Below are positions 28,812 through 39,380 of a stretch of 64,000 bases of DNA, one piece after another. The DNA comes from an uncultured bacterium (GTDB taxonomy: Bacteria; UBP4; UBA4092): NCBI GenBank assembly GCA_964644695.1, contig CAZXWN010000004.1:1-64000 (forward strand). Direction: 5' to 3'. Within the stretch, counting starts at the first letter, position 1. Every line of letters starts with the position of its first letter. The translations under genes were made by a program, and so were the position numbers. The notes under the pieces were generated by a model. The model was given only the letters and a program-made list of their open reading frames with translations, did no database searches and had not been told where the DNA came from.

Positions 28812-29318
28812 TTAATTGTCAGATTGTGGTTCAGATTCTGAAGGTGTTTGCTGGCCCCAGAACCCGTCAAAATTTGACATCATTTCTTCTGCAATATCAT
28901 TGGCATTGACACTGAACTGCCGAATCTGATCTTCCCAGCGTTCTTTGGACCAGACCTGGATCCGATACAGGGACCCGACAAGAACCACTTCTTTTTTTAT
29001 CTGGGCGTATTCCAATAAGTGACGCGAAAGAACAAATCGTGCCCCTTTATCCAAGGTTTCTTCCTGTACTCCCGAAAAATACGCATTGGTGAAGCGCTGA
29101 GCACGGGGATCAAAGGGATTCATTTTCTTCTTAACTTGACCTTCCATGACCTGAAATGTTGCCAACGGGTATATCCAGAGACAAAACTCTACTCCGCGGG
29201 TTACGACGATTTGGCCTTGATTTTCAACCACTAATCGCCCCGATAACCTGCGGGGAATGATGATTCGATTTTTGCTGTCCAGGTTCTGGTAAAACTCACC
29301 GCGCAGATCCTCGATCAT
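28812..29318 (-). CDS. mraZ: Transcriptional regulator MraZ
   Basis: Two AbrB-like repeats (LDSKNRIIIP, LDKGARFVL), IQVWSKERW; first gene of dcw. Confidence 0.92.
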   Translation of the reverse strand: MIEDLRGEFYQNLDSKNRIIIPRRLSGRLVVENQGQIVVTRGVEFCLWIYPLATFQVMEGQVKKKMNPFDPRAQRFTNAYFSGVQEETLDKGARFVLSRHLLEYAQIKKEVVLVGSLYRIQVWSKERWEDQIRQFSVNANDIAEEMMSNFDGFWGQQTPSESEPQSDN

Positions 29319-29352
29319 CTTTCGATACCCTTCTTTTGAAAATGGGATTTGG

Positions 29353-29404
29353 CCCCACTTCGAGTCACTTGCACTAGTATAGGAGTACCATGGGGTCCTG
29401 TCAA
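29353..29404 (-). promoter_or_regulatory. dcw promoter with possible degenerate MraZ boxes
   Basis: Minus strand TTGACA (29404-29399)-17 nt-TATACT (29381-29376), followed by AAGTGA and AAGTGGGG at a 10-nt period. Confidence 0.75.
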
Positions 29405-29513
29405 GCGAAAAATGCTGATTTTTAGCGATAAATACAAACTTTTTTTACAAATCAGAAACAGGGTAAAATAAGGCAAAATCAGCACTACATTTTTGTAGGG
29501 TTTAATTTATAAA

Positions 29514-29558
29514 CGAACCCTCCACGGAGTTGCTCGGAGCAGGTCCGTGGAGAGTTCG
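29514..29558. repeat. 45-nt palindromic dispersed repeat, copy 1
   Basis: CGAACCCTCCACGGAGTTGCTC-G-GAGCAGGTCCGTGGAGAGTTCG, near-perfect long hairpin; related copy at 62836-62880. Confidence 0.75.
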
Positions 29559-29810
29559 AAACAAGTCCATTTCGAGGAAAAATTTGAGAACAAAATAATA
29601 TTTCGGCGGAAGGTTTCCGATTCGTATGTCATTCGTTTCAAGAAACGGAGTCAAAGTCCCTGTCAACGCGAACTGGAGAGGGTGATAGATAGATTCCATA
29701 CAATATCATTCATATTTCAAATAAATCACCTTGAATGGAATGACAAGTCAGGCTCAATAAAGGTATGATGTAGGATAATTGGAAATCAAGTATAGATAAG
29801 GGATTGATGG

Positions 29811-30683
29811 ATGATAAAAAAAGGGATCATACTGGCTGGAGGCGCAGGAACACGACTGTATCCGTTAACGATACCCATCAGTAAACAACTTATGCCAGTT
29901 TACGATAAACCGATGATTTATTATCCACTGAGTGTCCTGATGTTGAGTGATATTCGCGATATTTTAGTCATCTCAACCCAGGAAGATCAAGCCGGGTTTC
30001 AGAAGCTTTTACGAGACGGTTCGCAATGGGGAATTAAAATCCAATATGCCATACAAACCAGGCCGGAGGGATTACCGCAGGCTTTCACTATTGCAGAAGA
30101 TTTCCTTGCCGGAGAAGGATGTGCGCTTATTTTGGGGGATAACATTTTTTACGGAAGTGGCTTATCGGGATTATTAAAAAAAGCGACCAGTTTAAAAACG
30201 GGGGCAACAATATTTGGATATCCTGTCCATGACCCTCAGAGATACGGCGTTGTCTCGATAAATGAATCCGGAAAAATAATCGATATTGAAGAAAAGCCCC
30301 TTCATCCGAAATCCAATTATGCTGTTGTGGGTCTTTATTATTTCGACAATAAAGTTGTAGAACTTTCCAAAACACTGAAACCTTCCAAACGAGGCGAGAC
30401 AGAAATCACGGATTTACTCAACATTTATTTCAGAAAAAATCAATTAAAGGTTGAGTTATTAGGTCGAGGATTTGCCTGGCTGGATACCGGTACACATGAA
30501 AGTATTTTGGAAGCCTCAAACTTTGTTCAGACAATACAGAAACGGCAAGGTTTTATGATATGCTGTCCGGAAGAAATCGCCTGGCGAAAAGGATATATAT
30601 CTACCGAGTCACTCCTGCATACCGCGAAGGCTTTATCGAAAAATGAATATGGGGCTTACTTAAAAAAACTCTTAAGTAAGTAA
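29811..30683 (+). CDS. rfbA: Glucose-1-phosphate thymidylyltransferase
   Basis: KGIILAGGAGTRLYP, SKQLMPVYDKPMIYYPL, LGDNIF, EEKP, AWLDTGT. Confidence 0.97.
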   Translation: MIKKGIILAGGAGTRLYPLTIPISKQLMPVYDKPMIYYPLSVLMLSDIRDILVISTQEDQAGFQKLLRDGSQWGIKIQYAIQTRPEGLPQAFTIAEDFLAGEGCALILGDNIFYGSGLSGLLKKATSLKTGATIFGYPVHDPQRYGVVSINESGKIIDIEEKPLHPKSNYAVVGLYYFDNKVVELSKTLKPSKRGETEITDLLNIYFRKNQLKVELLGRGFAWLDTGTHESILEASNFVQTIQKRQGFMICCPEEIAWRKGYISTESLLHTAKALSKNEYGAYLKKLLSK

Positions 30684-30753
30684 AACCTCAATTCACTTCA
30701 AATTTCTCAGTTACCTTACCTCAACGGCAATCAATGGCTTCTCCCCTATATGT

Positions 30754-33700
30754 TTATTTTTTCTTTGGGGCAACGATTATTTTATCCAAAATGGAAAGAT
30801 AACTATTGGGAGCGGTATTGAGTATTTTTGTTTTCTTATTGGGTCCAAAATTTTCCGCCGGTAAATCGATATCATTATCAAGGTCTTTGATGGAGAACAT
30901 AACCCCATAAATTCCTTTTTTTGCCTGGGGATCAATGTCAAGATACAAGTCAGTATCTTTGACTACGATATCAGGACTAACTTTGGTAAAATCTACTTCA
31001 CCATTACATAGATACCATCTCTCTGTTGCAATAACGTTTTCACTTTTACCATCAATCTGTCGCACACTAAGAGTCAGCAATATGTTTTTATTTTGAATCT
31101 CCGGATCAAGCACCTTCCAATAGTATTTCATATGTACTTTACCACCCGGATTTACTGTTCCCGGCCGAAGGTCATACCCTATCAACGACAAATATTTCCC
31201 AAAATTTATTCCACATTTATAACCCGACTTCAGATTACTTTCTTCAGCAAAATAAGGGAAATTAAAGCTACTGATGGAGAAGTTCAATTTAATATCCGAA
31301 ATAGTTCCCGGTAAATCTTTGTATGTGTAAAAAATAATCTTTACATTCTTAACAAAAGTATTTATGTCTCCACTGACAATTCGAGGCTCACCCGCACCAT
31401 AATTTCCCAAGTTTCGAATGACCATAACCTTATCTTTTCCAACAGTGGAATCAAGCGACAAAATTATAGCGGTAGAGGCCATTCCTGCGTATTGAGGAGC
31501 GAAATTCCGAATTGCGAATTCCACACTTTCCATATAGACAGGAACGGCAAAATTGTACTCAACCTGAACGCAAGTATTTTTCGATAAATATATCGGATCA
31601 TTATAAAGGTCATCGAGATTAGCATGGTAAGTCAAACCTGTTATATTCTTCGTCAGAGCCAGGTTCATATAATCTTTGATACCGTTATCTTTGAGCGAGA
31701 TTTCTTCTACTGGCTTGCCTGCTTTTTTCCGGGCATAATAATCCATCAAACTGGAATTGGTGGATAAGGTTCCCTGGAGATAAGCATACATTTTATTAAT
31801 TTCATCAACACCGATTGTATAAGATGAATTATATTTCTTCCATAGAGATGATTTAAGGTCTTTATCCAGATGCTTTTTATTTACCAGCTGAGTAAATGTC
31901 ATCTCTGAGAGATTGCTGACATTCGTTGACCCTGAATAGACATATTCAAAATACTTTTTACCTTTGCGAACAGTAGAGAGCTGCATGGAACGATTATCCG
32001 TACCCTTTACAACCGGAAATTCAAAATAACCATCATCACCATCTACATCAGCACGGTAATAATCTAGGTAATTGTTTACGTCTTTACCCACAATGGCCAC
32101 TGCACGCGAAGAATGATCACTATATACGCCTGAATACATCTGGTTATCATTTTTCTTTTGACACGCTAACAATGAAACACGCGTCTTCTTAACCGGGTCA
32201 TCCAGTGGGATATAAGCTGGATGAGACTCTCCGGATGATAAATACTCATTCAAGCGATGAGTTATCGAATATTTGATGAAGTTATCACCCTCATTCAAAT
32301 TACATCCAGAAATGATTAATTCCCCTTTTCCAATTTTTAAGCTGCCCAAAAGGAAACAATCATCATATCCATCCAAGGACATAATGGGTTTAAACAACAT
32401 TTCCCGATTATCAAATACCTCATAATACGAGGTGGTCTTGGAATACATATCACACAGGGGAGTAAATAAACCAGGGAGATATTCCGGAGCATCCTGAGTC
32501 AGATAATGATTGTTCCGGATAACCACCGGAATCAATCTGTCCACTCTGAGTTTAAGTCGATTAATTGTGGAATGTCCCTGATGTTCTAAAATCGTATTTA
32601 CAACAGATAGCGCATCGCCCCCCTGGATATATGCCTTTCCTCCGTTTTCCAGGTAATCCAATAAGGAAGCCGTTTGCTGACCACTGAATTTCGTGATACC
32701 CGCTATCAGAAGATTCTTATTAACCACATCAGATTTGGGATTAAACACTTTTGGACTCAGCAATGATTGATTAAACAAATCGTTCCAAAAAGCCCTGTAA
32801 CTTGTATCTTGAATATAGACGGCATAATCCACATCTTTTACCGTTTGTGTTGTATTAACTTCCCAGACAATAATGTCCTTGCCTGCTCCAAAAATGGGGT
32901 GGATTTTATTCGATTTAAAAACCGGACCCTCAAATCTGTAAACATCATCTTTGACATCATTAAAAACACCACTCTGGAAAATATACCGAATATGATTCTT
33001 TATAAATATTTGAGAACTGATATTAGTATCTGTCGCCTGGAAAGCTTTCTTGGTCAGCTTGTAATGTTTATTGAAGGTGTCATCCATCGGACCATAACCA
33101 CCGGGATGTCCCATGAATACAAGTCTCCCGGCCATGGCTGTTACATAATAACTGGTATCCCAGGGAGCTCCGAGAATCTTTGAAGTTTTAGGGATATTTT
33201 TATCAATCCATGACCCAATCCAGCGATTTTCGGAGAACTGTTCATCCTTCCATTGTTTTTGATAAACAGATTCATGATTCAAGATTTCTTTACGATATTT
33301 AAGGCTCTTATCAAACATATTAAGAACCATATATCCCTGAAATATGGAAATAATGACCAGGGAGACAATAAGGGGAGAATGAATAGGCCTGTAAGTTTCC
33401 GACTTCTCTCCAACAAATCTCAGGTCACTCAATATGTCTATGGAAAATTGGACCAAAAGAATTAATGACAAAACAGTGAAGGTTGGAGTGAATCCCGAGA
33501 ATCTATGGGGCTGGACCGAAAACCCCAGCAATGGTTCAGTGAAAATATGGTGCCATCTTAAAACAAGACAAACACTGAATAGTGAAACAAATGATGACCA
33601 TAAATAATAATTCTTCGTCTTCTTTGAAGCAAGATATCCGACAGCTATTGTGAATAATTCTAAATAGACCGGTTTAACTATTAAATTCCAGGTATCAGCC

Positions 33701-34923
33701 CATGACTTAAATTCAAACGGGGGTGTTTTCCACTGTTCATCCTGCAACCAACCACCTGCAGCAGGTTTAATACCAGCGATATGAACATAAAAATACCAAT
33801 ACGACAAAAACAAACAACCCATTGTAAGCAAACTGGAAAATGCCCACAACAATGATCGAACATCATGTTTCCTGGATAGATAAAAAAGCAGGAATAATAC
33901 AAAGGCACACATTATTAGCATGGCACCCTGAACATATAGAACACTGACTAATCCAACAGCCAGCCCTGCTATCATCAGGTAGTAATAGTCCTCAAAGGCT
34001 TTGGAGAATAGATAAAAACACAATACGATAAAAGTACGACTGATCGCGCTGGGAAGTGCCTGGAAGGGATATATCGCGTCAAGTAAAAGTAAGGAGAATA
34101 AAAACAAGGCAATAAACCCCTGTTTTCGGCCAAGGATTTTTCGAAAGGCATAATAAGCTAAACCAATATATAATAAGCCCCAAAATAAATTAGCCCCTGA
34201 TATATAAGAATCGACAGTTACACCAGAAATAAGAACGCTGGCAACAGCAATTAGGGAATAAAGCGGCGGGTAGTAATTGGGATGCCCCATATTATCCATA
34301 AGCAGTGGGAACTGATCCTTAATCAAATGGATTTTAGAAGCAATAGTGATGGGATCCCCTGCATATAAGGATGTTATGTCATTTAAGAAAACAAGATAGG
34401 TCTTCAATGCGACATACTTGAATATGAAAAACAAAATAACAATTTCACCAATAACCTTGATGACTGATTTCCATTTTATTGAATAGAAACAGTTACCTAT
34501 ATCTTGAAACGATAATCTCCCAATCCGCTTTATCTGATAATAAATCAGTAATGGAATCATCGAAAAATAAACAGGGATGACAATCCAATAATTAAAAATA
34601 CGAAAAACATTTAAAAGGTAACCCAAAACATAGATGAAGAATAAACTCAAAACACAGGAAATAATCCAATCATGCTGCTTTTTCAATAGCGTTTGAATAA
34701 CCAGACCAGGCAGGAAACAAACGATAAGAAGAGAAATTGTAATAAAGCCAATTTCAGAAGTTCTATCCAACATAGCCATGTAATCTTGGAAATGGGGGTA
34801 CAATGAACTAAATTTCAGAATCATACCCAGAACGATAGTTAATACCCCTGTGCAACCCCAAAACACATAGCTCCCATTCTTAACCAACAGAGAAAACAGC
34901 TTCTCTTTCATATTTAACCCCAT
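30754..34923 (-). CDS. Large polytopic membrane protein, probable GT-C glycosyltransferase with long extracytoplasmic region
   Basis: Many hydrophobic segments in aa1-535 with D..H and YYPPLY loop motifs, WI..NIP after the last TM, ~850-aa soluble region ending in an INFG..LSLIGYDL...YYW domain. Confidence 0.6.
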   Translation of the reverse strand: MGLNMKEKLFSLLVKNGSYVFWGCTGVLTIVLGMILKFSSLYPHFQDYMAMLDRTSEIGFITISLLIVCFLPGLVIQTLLKKQHDWIISCVLSLFFIYVLGYLLNVFRIFNYWIVIPVYFSMIPLLIYYQIKRIGRLSFQDIGNCFYSIKWKSVIKVIGEIVILFFIFKYVALKTYLVFLNDITSLYAGDPITIASKIHLIKDQFPLLMDNMGHPNYYPPLYSLIAVASVLISGVTVDSYISGANLFWGLLYIGLAYYAFRKILGRKQGFIALFLFSLLLLDAIYPFQALPSAISRTFIVLCFYLFSKAFEDYYYLMIAGLAVGLVSVLYVQGAMLIMCAFVLFLLFYLSRKHDVRSLLWAFSSLLTMGCLFLSYWYFYVHIAGIKPAAGGWLQDEQWKTPPFEFKSWADTWNLIVKPVYLELFTIAVGYLASKKTKNYYLWSSFVSLFSVCLVLRWHHIFTEPLLGFSVQPHRFSGFTPTFTVLSLILLVQFSIDILSDLRFVGEKSETYRPIHSPLIVSLVIISIFQGYMVLNMFDKSLKYRKEILNHESVYQKQWKDEQFSENRWIGSWIDKNIPKTSKILGAPWDTSYYVTAMAGRLVFMGHPGGYGPMDDTFNKHYKLTKKAFQATDTNISSQIFIKNHIRYIFQSGVFNDVKDDVYRFEGPVFKSNKIHPIFGAGKDIIVWEVNTTQTVKDVDYAVYIQDTSYRAFWNDLFNQSLLSPKVFNPKSDVVNKNLLIAGITKFSGQQTASLLDYLENGGKAYIQGGDALSVVNTILEHQGHSTINRLKLRVDRLIPVVIRNNHYLTQDAPEYLPGLFTPLCDMYSKTTSYYEVFDNREMLFKPIMSLDGYDDCFLLGSLKIGKGELIISGCNLNEGDNFIKYSITHRLNEYLSSGESHPAYIPLDDPVKKTRVSLLACQKKNDNQMYSGVYSDHSSRAVAIVGKDVNNYLDYYRADVDGDDGYFEFPVVKGTDNRSMQLSTVRKGKKYFEYVYSGSTNVSNLSEMTFTQLVNKKHLDKDLKSSLWKKYNSSYTIGVDEINKMYAYLQGTLSTNSSLMDYYARKKAGKPVEEISLKDNGIKDYMNLALTKNITGLTYHANLDDLYNDPIYLSKNTCVQVEYNFAVPVYMESVEFAIRNFAPQYAGMASTAIILSLDSTVGKDKVMVIRNLGNYGAGEPRIVSGDINTFVKNVKIIFYTYKDLPGTISDIKLNFSISSFNFPYFAEESNLKSGYKCGINFGKYLSLIGYDLRPGTVNPGGKVHMKYYWKVLDPEIQNKNILLTLSVRQIDGKSENVIATERWYLCNGEVDFTKVSPDIVVKDTDLYLDIDPQAKKGIYGVMFSIKDLDNDIDLPAENFGPNKKTKILNTAPNSYLSILDKIIVAPKKK

Positions 34924-34973
34924 TTATTCAAGTCACTTCCATAAAACGAAACCAACAGCATAATCATTTTATT

Positions 34974-36029
34974 TCAACTGATTTTCAACCAATTGTCAAA
35001 CAGCCACTCAAGTTTAGTTTTAAAGGGTTTACTGAACCTGTTTTCTACCTGAGTGTTCACCATGTATGAGAAACCAATAACCAGTACAATAGTGCCCCAA
35101 AAAAGAACATGAATATTTGAAATAGTTGGATACAACCAATTCATGATCATGAAACCCACATTTTCATGGATCAAATACAGAGGATAGGTTAACGCACCTA
35201 ATATGAGCCATTGTGTTTGCCCAATGTAGGGAATTTTCCTTCTCGCTGAAAGATAAAGTATCGTGAAGAAGACCACTAACAAGAGAGTTATGACATAATG
35301 CTGAAAACCTGCATGATATTTGGTTTCTAACCGATCCATATTCATGTAAGCAAAATGATTTGCCAGAATAAAACACGCTATTAATATAAAAATTCGTTTC
35401 AGATTCACTCCACTAATAAAAATCAAATAGAATACCGCTCCAGCACTAAATAACGGGGCATAATCAGCATTAAAACCGTAGATAAGGATTTTAACGGGAT
35501 AGATTATCATTAACAAACTGAAGATTAACCATCCAATAAGAATATTCTCGATGTGTTTGATATATCCCAACCCTAATATAATTGCTATAAACACATAAAA
35601 CTTTATTTCAGCAAAAAGTGACCAGTAAACTCCGTCAATGGAGGGAACTCTGATAAAATCACTCATCATTGTCATATTTGCAAGATACTGTAAACCTGAG
35701 ACTGAGTATCTCCCATCTCCAATCAACAAGGTAACAAGTACAGTCATTGTGCAGCAAACCCAAAAGGCAGGATATAACCTGACTACTCTGGAAATGATAA
35801 ATTTCTTCAAACTTCCATTCATGGCCGTCATTAAAATAACAAAGCCACTGATAAGAAAAAACAACTCAACACCAAGATAACCGTATTTTGCAATTGGAGA
35901 TAGTGCAGGATAGGAGATTTCACACATATTATCTCCAGCCCCTCCCCTGAAAGCAAAATGGTAAAAAACAACGGCAATTGCAGCAATAAACCGGAACAAA
36001 TCAATTTCATGAACTCTTATTTTATTCAT
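34974..36029 (-). CDS. Acyltransferase-3 (OafA-like) membrane O-acyltransferase
   Basis: IDLFRFIAAIAVVFYH, GVELFFLISGFVI, RVVRLYP, WSLFAE, TYPLYLIH. Confidence 0.92.
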   Translation of the reverse strand: MNKIRVHEIDLFRFIAAIAVVFYHFAFRGGAGDNMCEISYPALSPIAKYGYLGVELFFLISGFVILMTAMNGSLKKFIISRVVRLYPAFWVCCTMTVLVTLLIGDGRYSVSGLQYLANMTMMSDFIRVPSIDGVYWSLFAEIKFYVFIAIILGLGYIKHIENILIGWLIFSLLMIIYPVKILIYGFNADYAPLFSAGAVFYLIFISGVNLKRIFILIACFILANHFAYMNMDRLETKYHAGFQHYVITLLLVVFFTILYLSARRKIPYIGQTQWLILGALTYPLYLIHENVGFMIMNWLYPTISNIHVLFWGTIVLVIGFSYMVNTQVENRFSKPFKTKLEWLFDNWLKIS

Positions 36030-36211
36030 CCATTATCCAAATCAATTCAGCAAAAATAGCGGCCCATTCTCCAAGCATCAAATCAGGCCAAATGGTTAGT
36101 ATAGAATGATTCTTTGGAGACATCAACCAATGATTTATCTAGCATTAAATACTGCCAGTAAAAGTTATTATGCATTTACAAAACTATCGTTTGTTATACT
36201 TAATCAATCTT

Positions 36212-37723
36212 ATGAAAAACAAACAGTTTTATATTAATCTTGTCTCTAATTTAGTGAATTATGGATTCACCCTGTTGATTGGGGTTTTCTTCACACCTTA
36301 TCTGGTTAATCATCTGGGGAAATCCAGTTTTGGTATCGTAACCTTAGCTCAGACATTGGCAAGCTACCTGGCCATTTTTACTCTTGTAATAAGTTCTGGT
36401 ATTAACCGTTTTTTAGTAATTGCACTAAAGTCTTCGGACATTGAAGAATCAAATCAAATCTTCAATACGACACTACTGGGTATACTTTTACTCGTCACAG
36501 CATTAATCATTCCCTGCTGGCTTTTCTCAATCAATATTCAACATATCATCGCAATTCCAGAGGGGTTAGAATATGAGACCGTTATCCTGATTGGGTTAAT
36601 GTTTGTATTTTTTATGATCAGTAATATTGCCATGCCCTTCTCAGTTTCTACTTTTGTAAAGAACAGATTAGATTTAAAATGCATGGTTGAAGTTTCTGGG
36701 AATATGGGTCGAATAGGAATAATTGTTCTGTTATTCACTCTTTATACTCCCCGTTTATGGCATGTTGGATGCGGATTGATTTTATCTTCACTTATTTTGC
36801 TTGGAGGAAGTATCTATAATTGGAGATCTCTTTTACCCGAAATATCGATAAAACCAAAATGTTTTCAGCTAAAAACATTACAAAAACTTGTTTCATTTGG
36901 ATTTTGGATTGCTGTTGATCAGGTTGGAATTCTTCTATATATCGGGATAGATCTTTTAGTTGCTAACAAGGTATTAGGCACTGAACTTGCAGGGGATTAT
37001 TCGATAACACTTCAATGGGCAAATATGCTTCGAGGCATATCAACTGCAATTGGATATACTTTTACTCCGGCAATTTTTATTCTGTATGCCGCCAAAGACT
37101 TTAAAGGACTATATCAACAAGCATGTTCATCCATAAAATTTACAGGCTACCTATTGTCTCTGCCAGCAGCTTACATCTGTGGATTAGCGCCATTAATCCT
37201 GAAAACTTGGATTGGCCCTTCATACACTCACCTTTCGACGCTCATGATTTTACTAACTGCCCATCTGGCGTTATGTCTTTCAAGTATGCCGTTATTTCAA
37301 ATCAATGTCGCTAACAACAAGGTAAAACCAACAGCCATATTCACACTTTTCATAGGGCTTACCAATCTCATCATGGCTGTTATTTTTGCAAAGATTTGGG
37401 GAGTCTATGGAATAGCCGTTTCAGGGATTATTTCTCTCACCATTAAAAATGTTTTGTTCACACCCTTATATATCGCTCATCACATGAAATATAAAGCTTC
37501 TGGATTTTATAGAGAATATTTACAGGTGGGGATACTATTTGTAGTGTTAGCGGTAACTCTATACGAAGTTAGGATATGGTGGTTGGTTCCTGGATGGTCT
37601 GGCCTGATAATATATGGTTTATTATTAACAATCTTATGGGGAATAGTGGGCTGGCTCTGGGTAATAGACAAACCAACAAAAGATAAAATAATCGCTAAGA
37701 TTCCTTTATTCCAAAGAAGCTAA
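36212..37723 (+). CDS. MOP-superfamily oligosaccharide flippase (Wzx-like)
   Basis: Polytopic; TPYLVNHLG..FG, ILKTWIG, GVYGIAV. Start ATG 36212 preferred, 36170 possible. Confidence 0.82.
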   Translation: MKNKQFYINLVSNLVNYGFTLLIGVFFTPYLVNHLGKSSFGIVTLAQTLASYLAIFTLVISSGINRFLVIALKSSDIEESNQIFNTTLLGILLLVTALIIPCWLFSINIQHIIAIPEGLEYETVILIGLMFVFFMISNIAMPFSVSTFVKNRLDLKCMVEVSGNMGRIGIIVLLFTLYTPRLWHVGCGLILSSLILLGGSIYNWRSLLPEISIKPKCFQLKTLQKLVSFGFWIAVDQVGILLYIGIDLLVANKVLGTELAGDYSITLQWANMLRGISTAIGYTFTPAIFILYAAKDFKGLYQQACSSIKFTGYLLSLPAAYICGLAPLILKTWIGPSYTHLSTLMILLTAHLALCLSSMPLFQINVANNKVKPTAIFTLFIGLTNLIMAVIFAKIWGVYGIAVSGIISLTIKNVLFTPLYIAHHMKYKASGFYREYLQVGILFVVLAVTLYEVRIWWLVPGWSGLIIYGLLLTILWGIVGWLWVIDKPTKDKIIAKIPLFQRS

Positions 37724-38823
37724 CTTTTTTTATTTATAATGGCATCATATAATTGACCATATTTGATTGCCATTTGTTTTATATCATACTGTGGAGCATC
37801 AGCCAGATTATTTGTACTCATTGAACATCGCAATTTTTTGTCATCAGCCAACCGCAATATTGCTTTGGAATATGTATCCACATCACCAGATTCAACTAAC
37901 AATCCATTACGACCATCCTTGAGCACATCAGGAACTCCACCAACAGATGTTGATATAATAGGAAGACCTGAAGCCATAGCCTCCAGGATACTTAATGGCA
38001 ACCCCTCATGAGAAGACGATAAAGTAAATACATCTGAATTCAATAAAAGCTCAGGAATGTCTCCCCTTACCCCCAATAAAGATACAACACTATTTAACCC
38101 AAGGTTATCTATTTTTTGTGAAAGCTCATTTCTCAAAACTCCATCACCAATAATTCGGAGTCTAATATTTTTATTTACAGCATATGCCTTGCAAAAAGCA
38201 TCTATTAGTAATGCGTGATTTTTCACAGGCCTGAGACTTCCAATTGCACAAAACCATATTAATTGGCTTTCAAAGGATCTTTCAGAGACAGGAGTATAAA
38301 GCGATATATCAATACTGTTATATATACAGGGGATTTTGTCAGGTTGAATATGATAAATCTGATAAATAGTATTTTTAATAAAATCAGATATTGCAACAGG
38401 AACAAACCTAAAACATCGATATAACTGCTTCATAATCAAACGATCTGTTTTGCCTAATTCTTTGTCTGCCATACTATGAACAGTGTGTATCCGAGCTTTT
38501 ACACCTGAAAGTATTGCCGGGACAAGGATATATTTGGCTCCATATAAATGGGTGTGGACTATGTCAGGCTTTTCCTGCCGAAACAGTAAGTACAATTGCC
38601 ATATTAACGAACAATCAAAGCCTTTTTTCTTATCTAAGAATATTAATTTCAGACCTTTTTCCCGAGCAATTCTTTCATAAACTGTGTTCTGACTTTTATA
38701 CAGAGAGACAAGGGTAACATCATACTTTTTATCAAGCTCACTTGATAAGTACAAGGCTATTTTCTCTGCGCCACCTTCAATTAGATTAGGTATTATCTGA
38801 AAACATTTAATCGGTTTATTCAT
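37720..38823 (-). CDS. Glycosyltransferase family 4
   Basis: [26 protein letters not shown]. Confidence 0.92.
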   Translation of the reverse strand: MNKPIKCFQIIPNLIEGGAEKIALYLSSELDKKYDVTLVSLYKSQNTVYERIAREKGLKLIFLDKKKGFDCSLIWQLYLLFRQEKPDIVHTHLYGAKYILVPAILSGVKARIHTVHSMADKELGKTDRLIMKQLYRCFRFVPVAISDFIKNTIYQIYHIQPDKIPCIYNSIDISLYTPVSERSFESQLIWFCAIGSLRPVKNHALLIDAFCKAYAVNKNIRLRIIGDGVLRNELSQKIDNLGLNSVVSLLGVRGDIPELLLNSDVFTLSSSHEGLPLSILEAMASGLPIISTSVGGVPDVLKDGRNGLLVESGDVDTYSKAILRLADDKKLRCSMSTNNLADAPQYDIKQMAIKYGQLYDAIINKKS

Positions 38824-39380
38824 GTATTTTTCAGCTTATCCAAGTGTTGTTTTATTTCTTCCTCAGAAAACCTCATTTTTATCTGTTTTGCAGGGACACC
38901 TGCCACAATTGAATAGGGTGCGACATCTTTAGTAACCACACTTCCAGCAGCAATCACACTTCCCTGCCCAATTCGAACTCCCTTTAAAATAATCGAATTA
39001 GCTCCTATCCATACATCATCTTCAACGACAATATCACGGTCATCCTCAGGACGTTTTTCACTATTCGAAACGTCTATCATATACCTGCCAATCATGTCTG
39101 TACGATGCCCACCGGTAATCATAAACACATGCGGTCCGAACATCACTTTTTTCCCAATGTGGATTTTGGCACGGGTGCACATAAACATTGCATCCAAACC
39201 AACAGATGAATAATCACCTATAAATATGTTTTTATAGGTAAAATATCCTCGTCTGCCGATATGCACGCCTTTTCCGCATTTAGCAAACAAAGATTTTTTA
39301 AAAGGCATAACTATAAACTTGTAAATACTTTTATCTAAACATATAAAAAAGGTAGCAACTAAGTTCATTAATTTATTCAT
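38820..39380 (-). CDS. Hexapeptide-repeat O-acetyltransferase
   Basis: [36 protein letters not shown]. Start ATG 39380 with GGAG SD. Confidence 0.9.
   Translation of the reverse strand: MNKLMNLVATFFICLDKSIYKFIVMPFKKSLFAKCGKGVHIGRRGYFTYKNIFIGDYSSVGLDAMFMCTRAKIHIGKKVMFGPHVFMITGGHRTDMIGRYMIDVSNSEKRPEDDRDIVVEDDVWIGANSIILKGVRIGQGSVIAAGSVVTKDVAPYSIVAGVPAKQIKMRFSEEEIKQHLDKLKNT

Noticed and set aside
27301-28909. Antisense and alternate-frame ORFs over ftsL/rsmH, and similar shadow ORFs throughout
   Set aside because: Overlap well-supported conserved genes and show no motifs.
29514-29558. Hairpin as an integron attC site or CRISPR repeat
   Set aside because: AAC/GTT ends do not fit RYYYAAC/GTTRRRY, it is short for attC, no integrase is present, and there are only two distant copies with no spacers or cas genes.
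29502-29768. Short ORFs 29502-29699 (-) and 29547-29768 (+)
   Set aside because: They overlap each other and the hairpin repeat, with no SD or recognisable motif.
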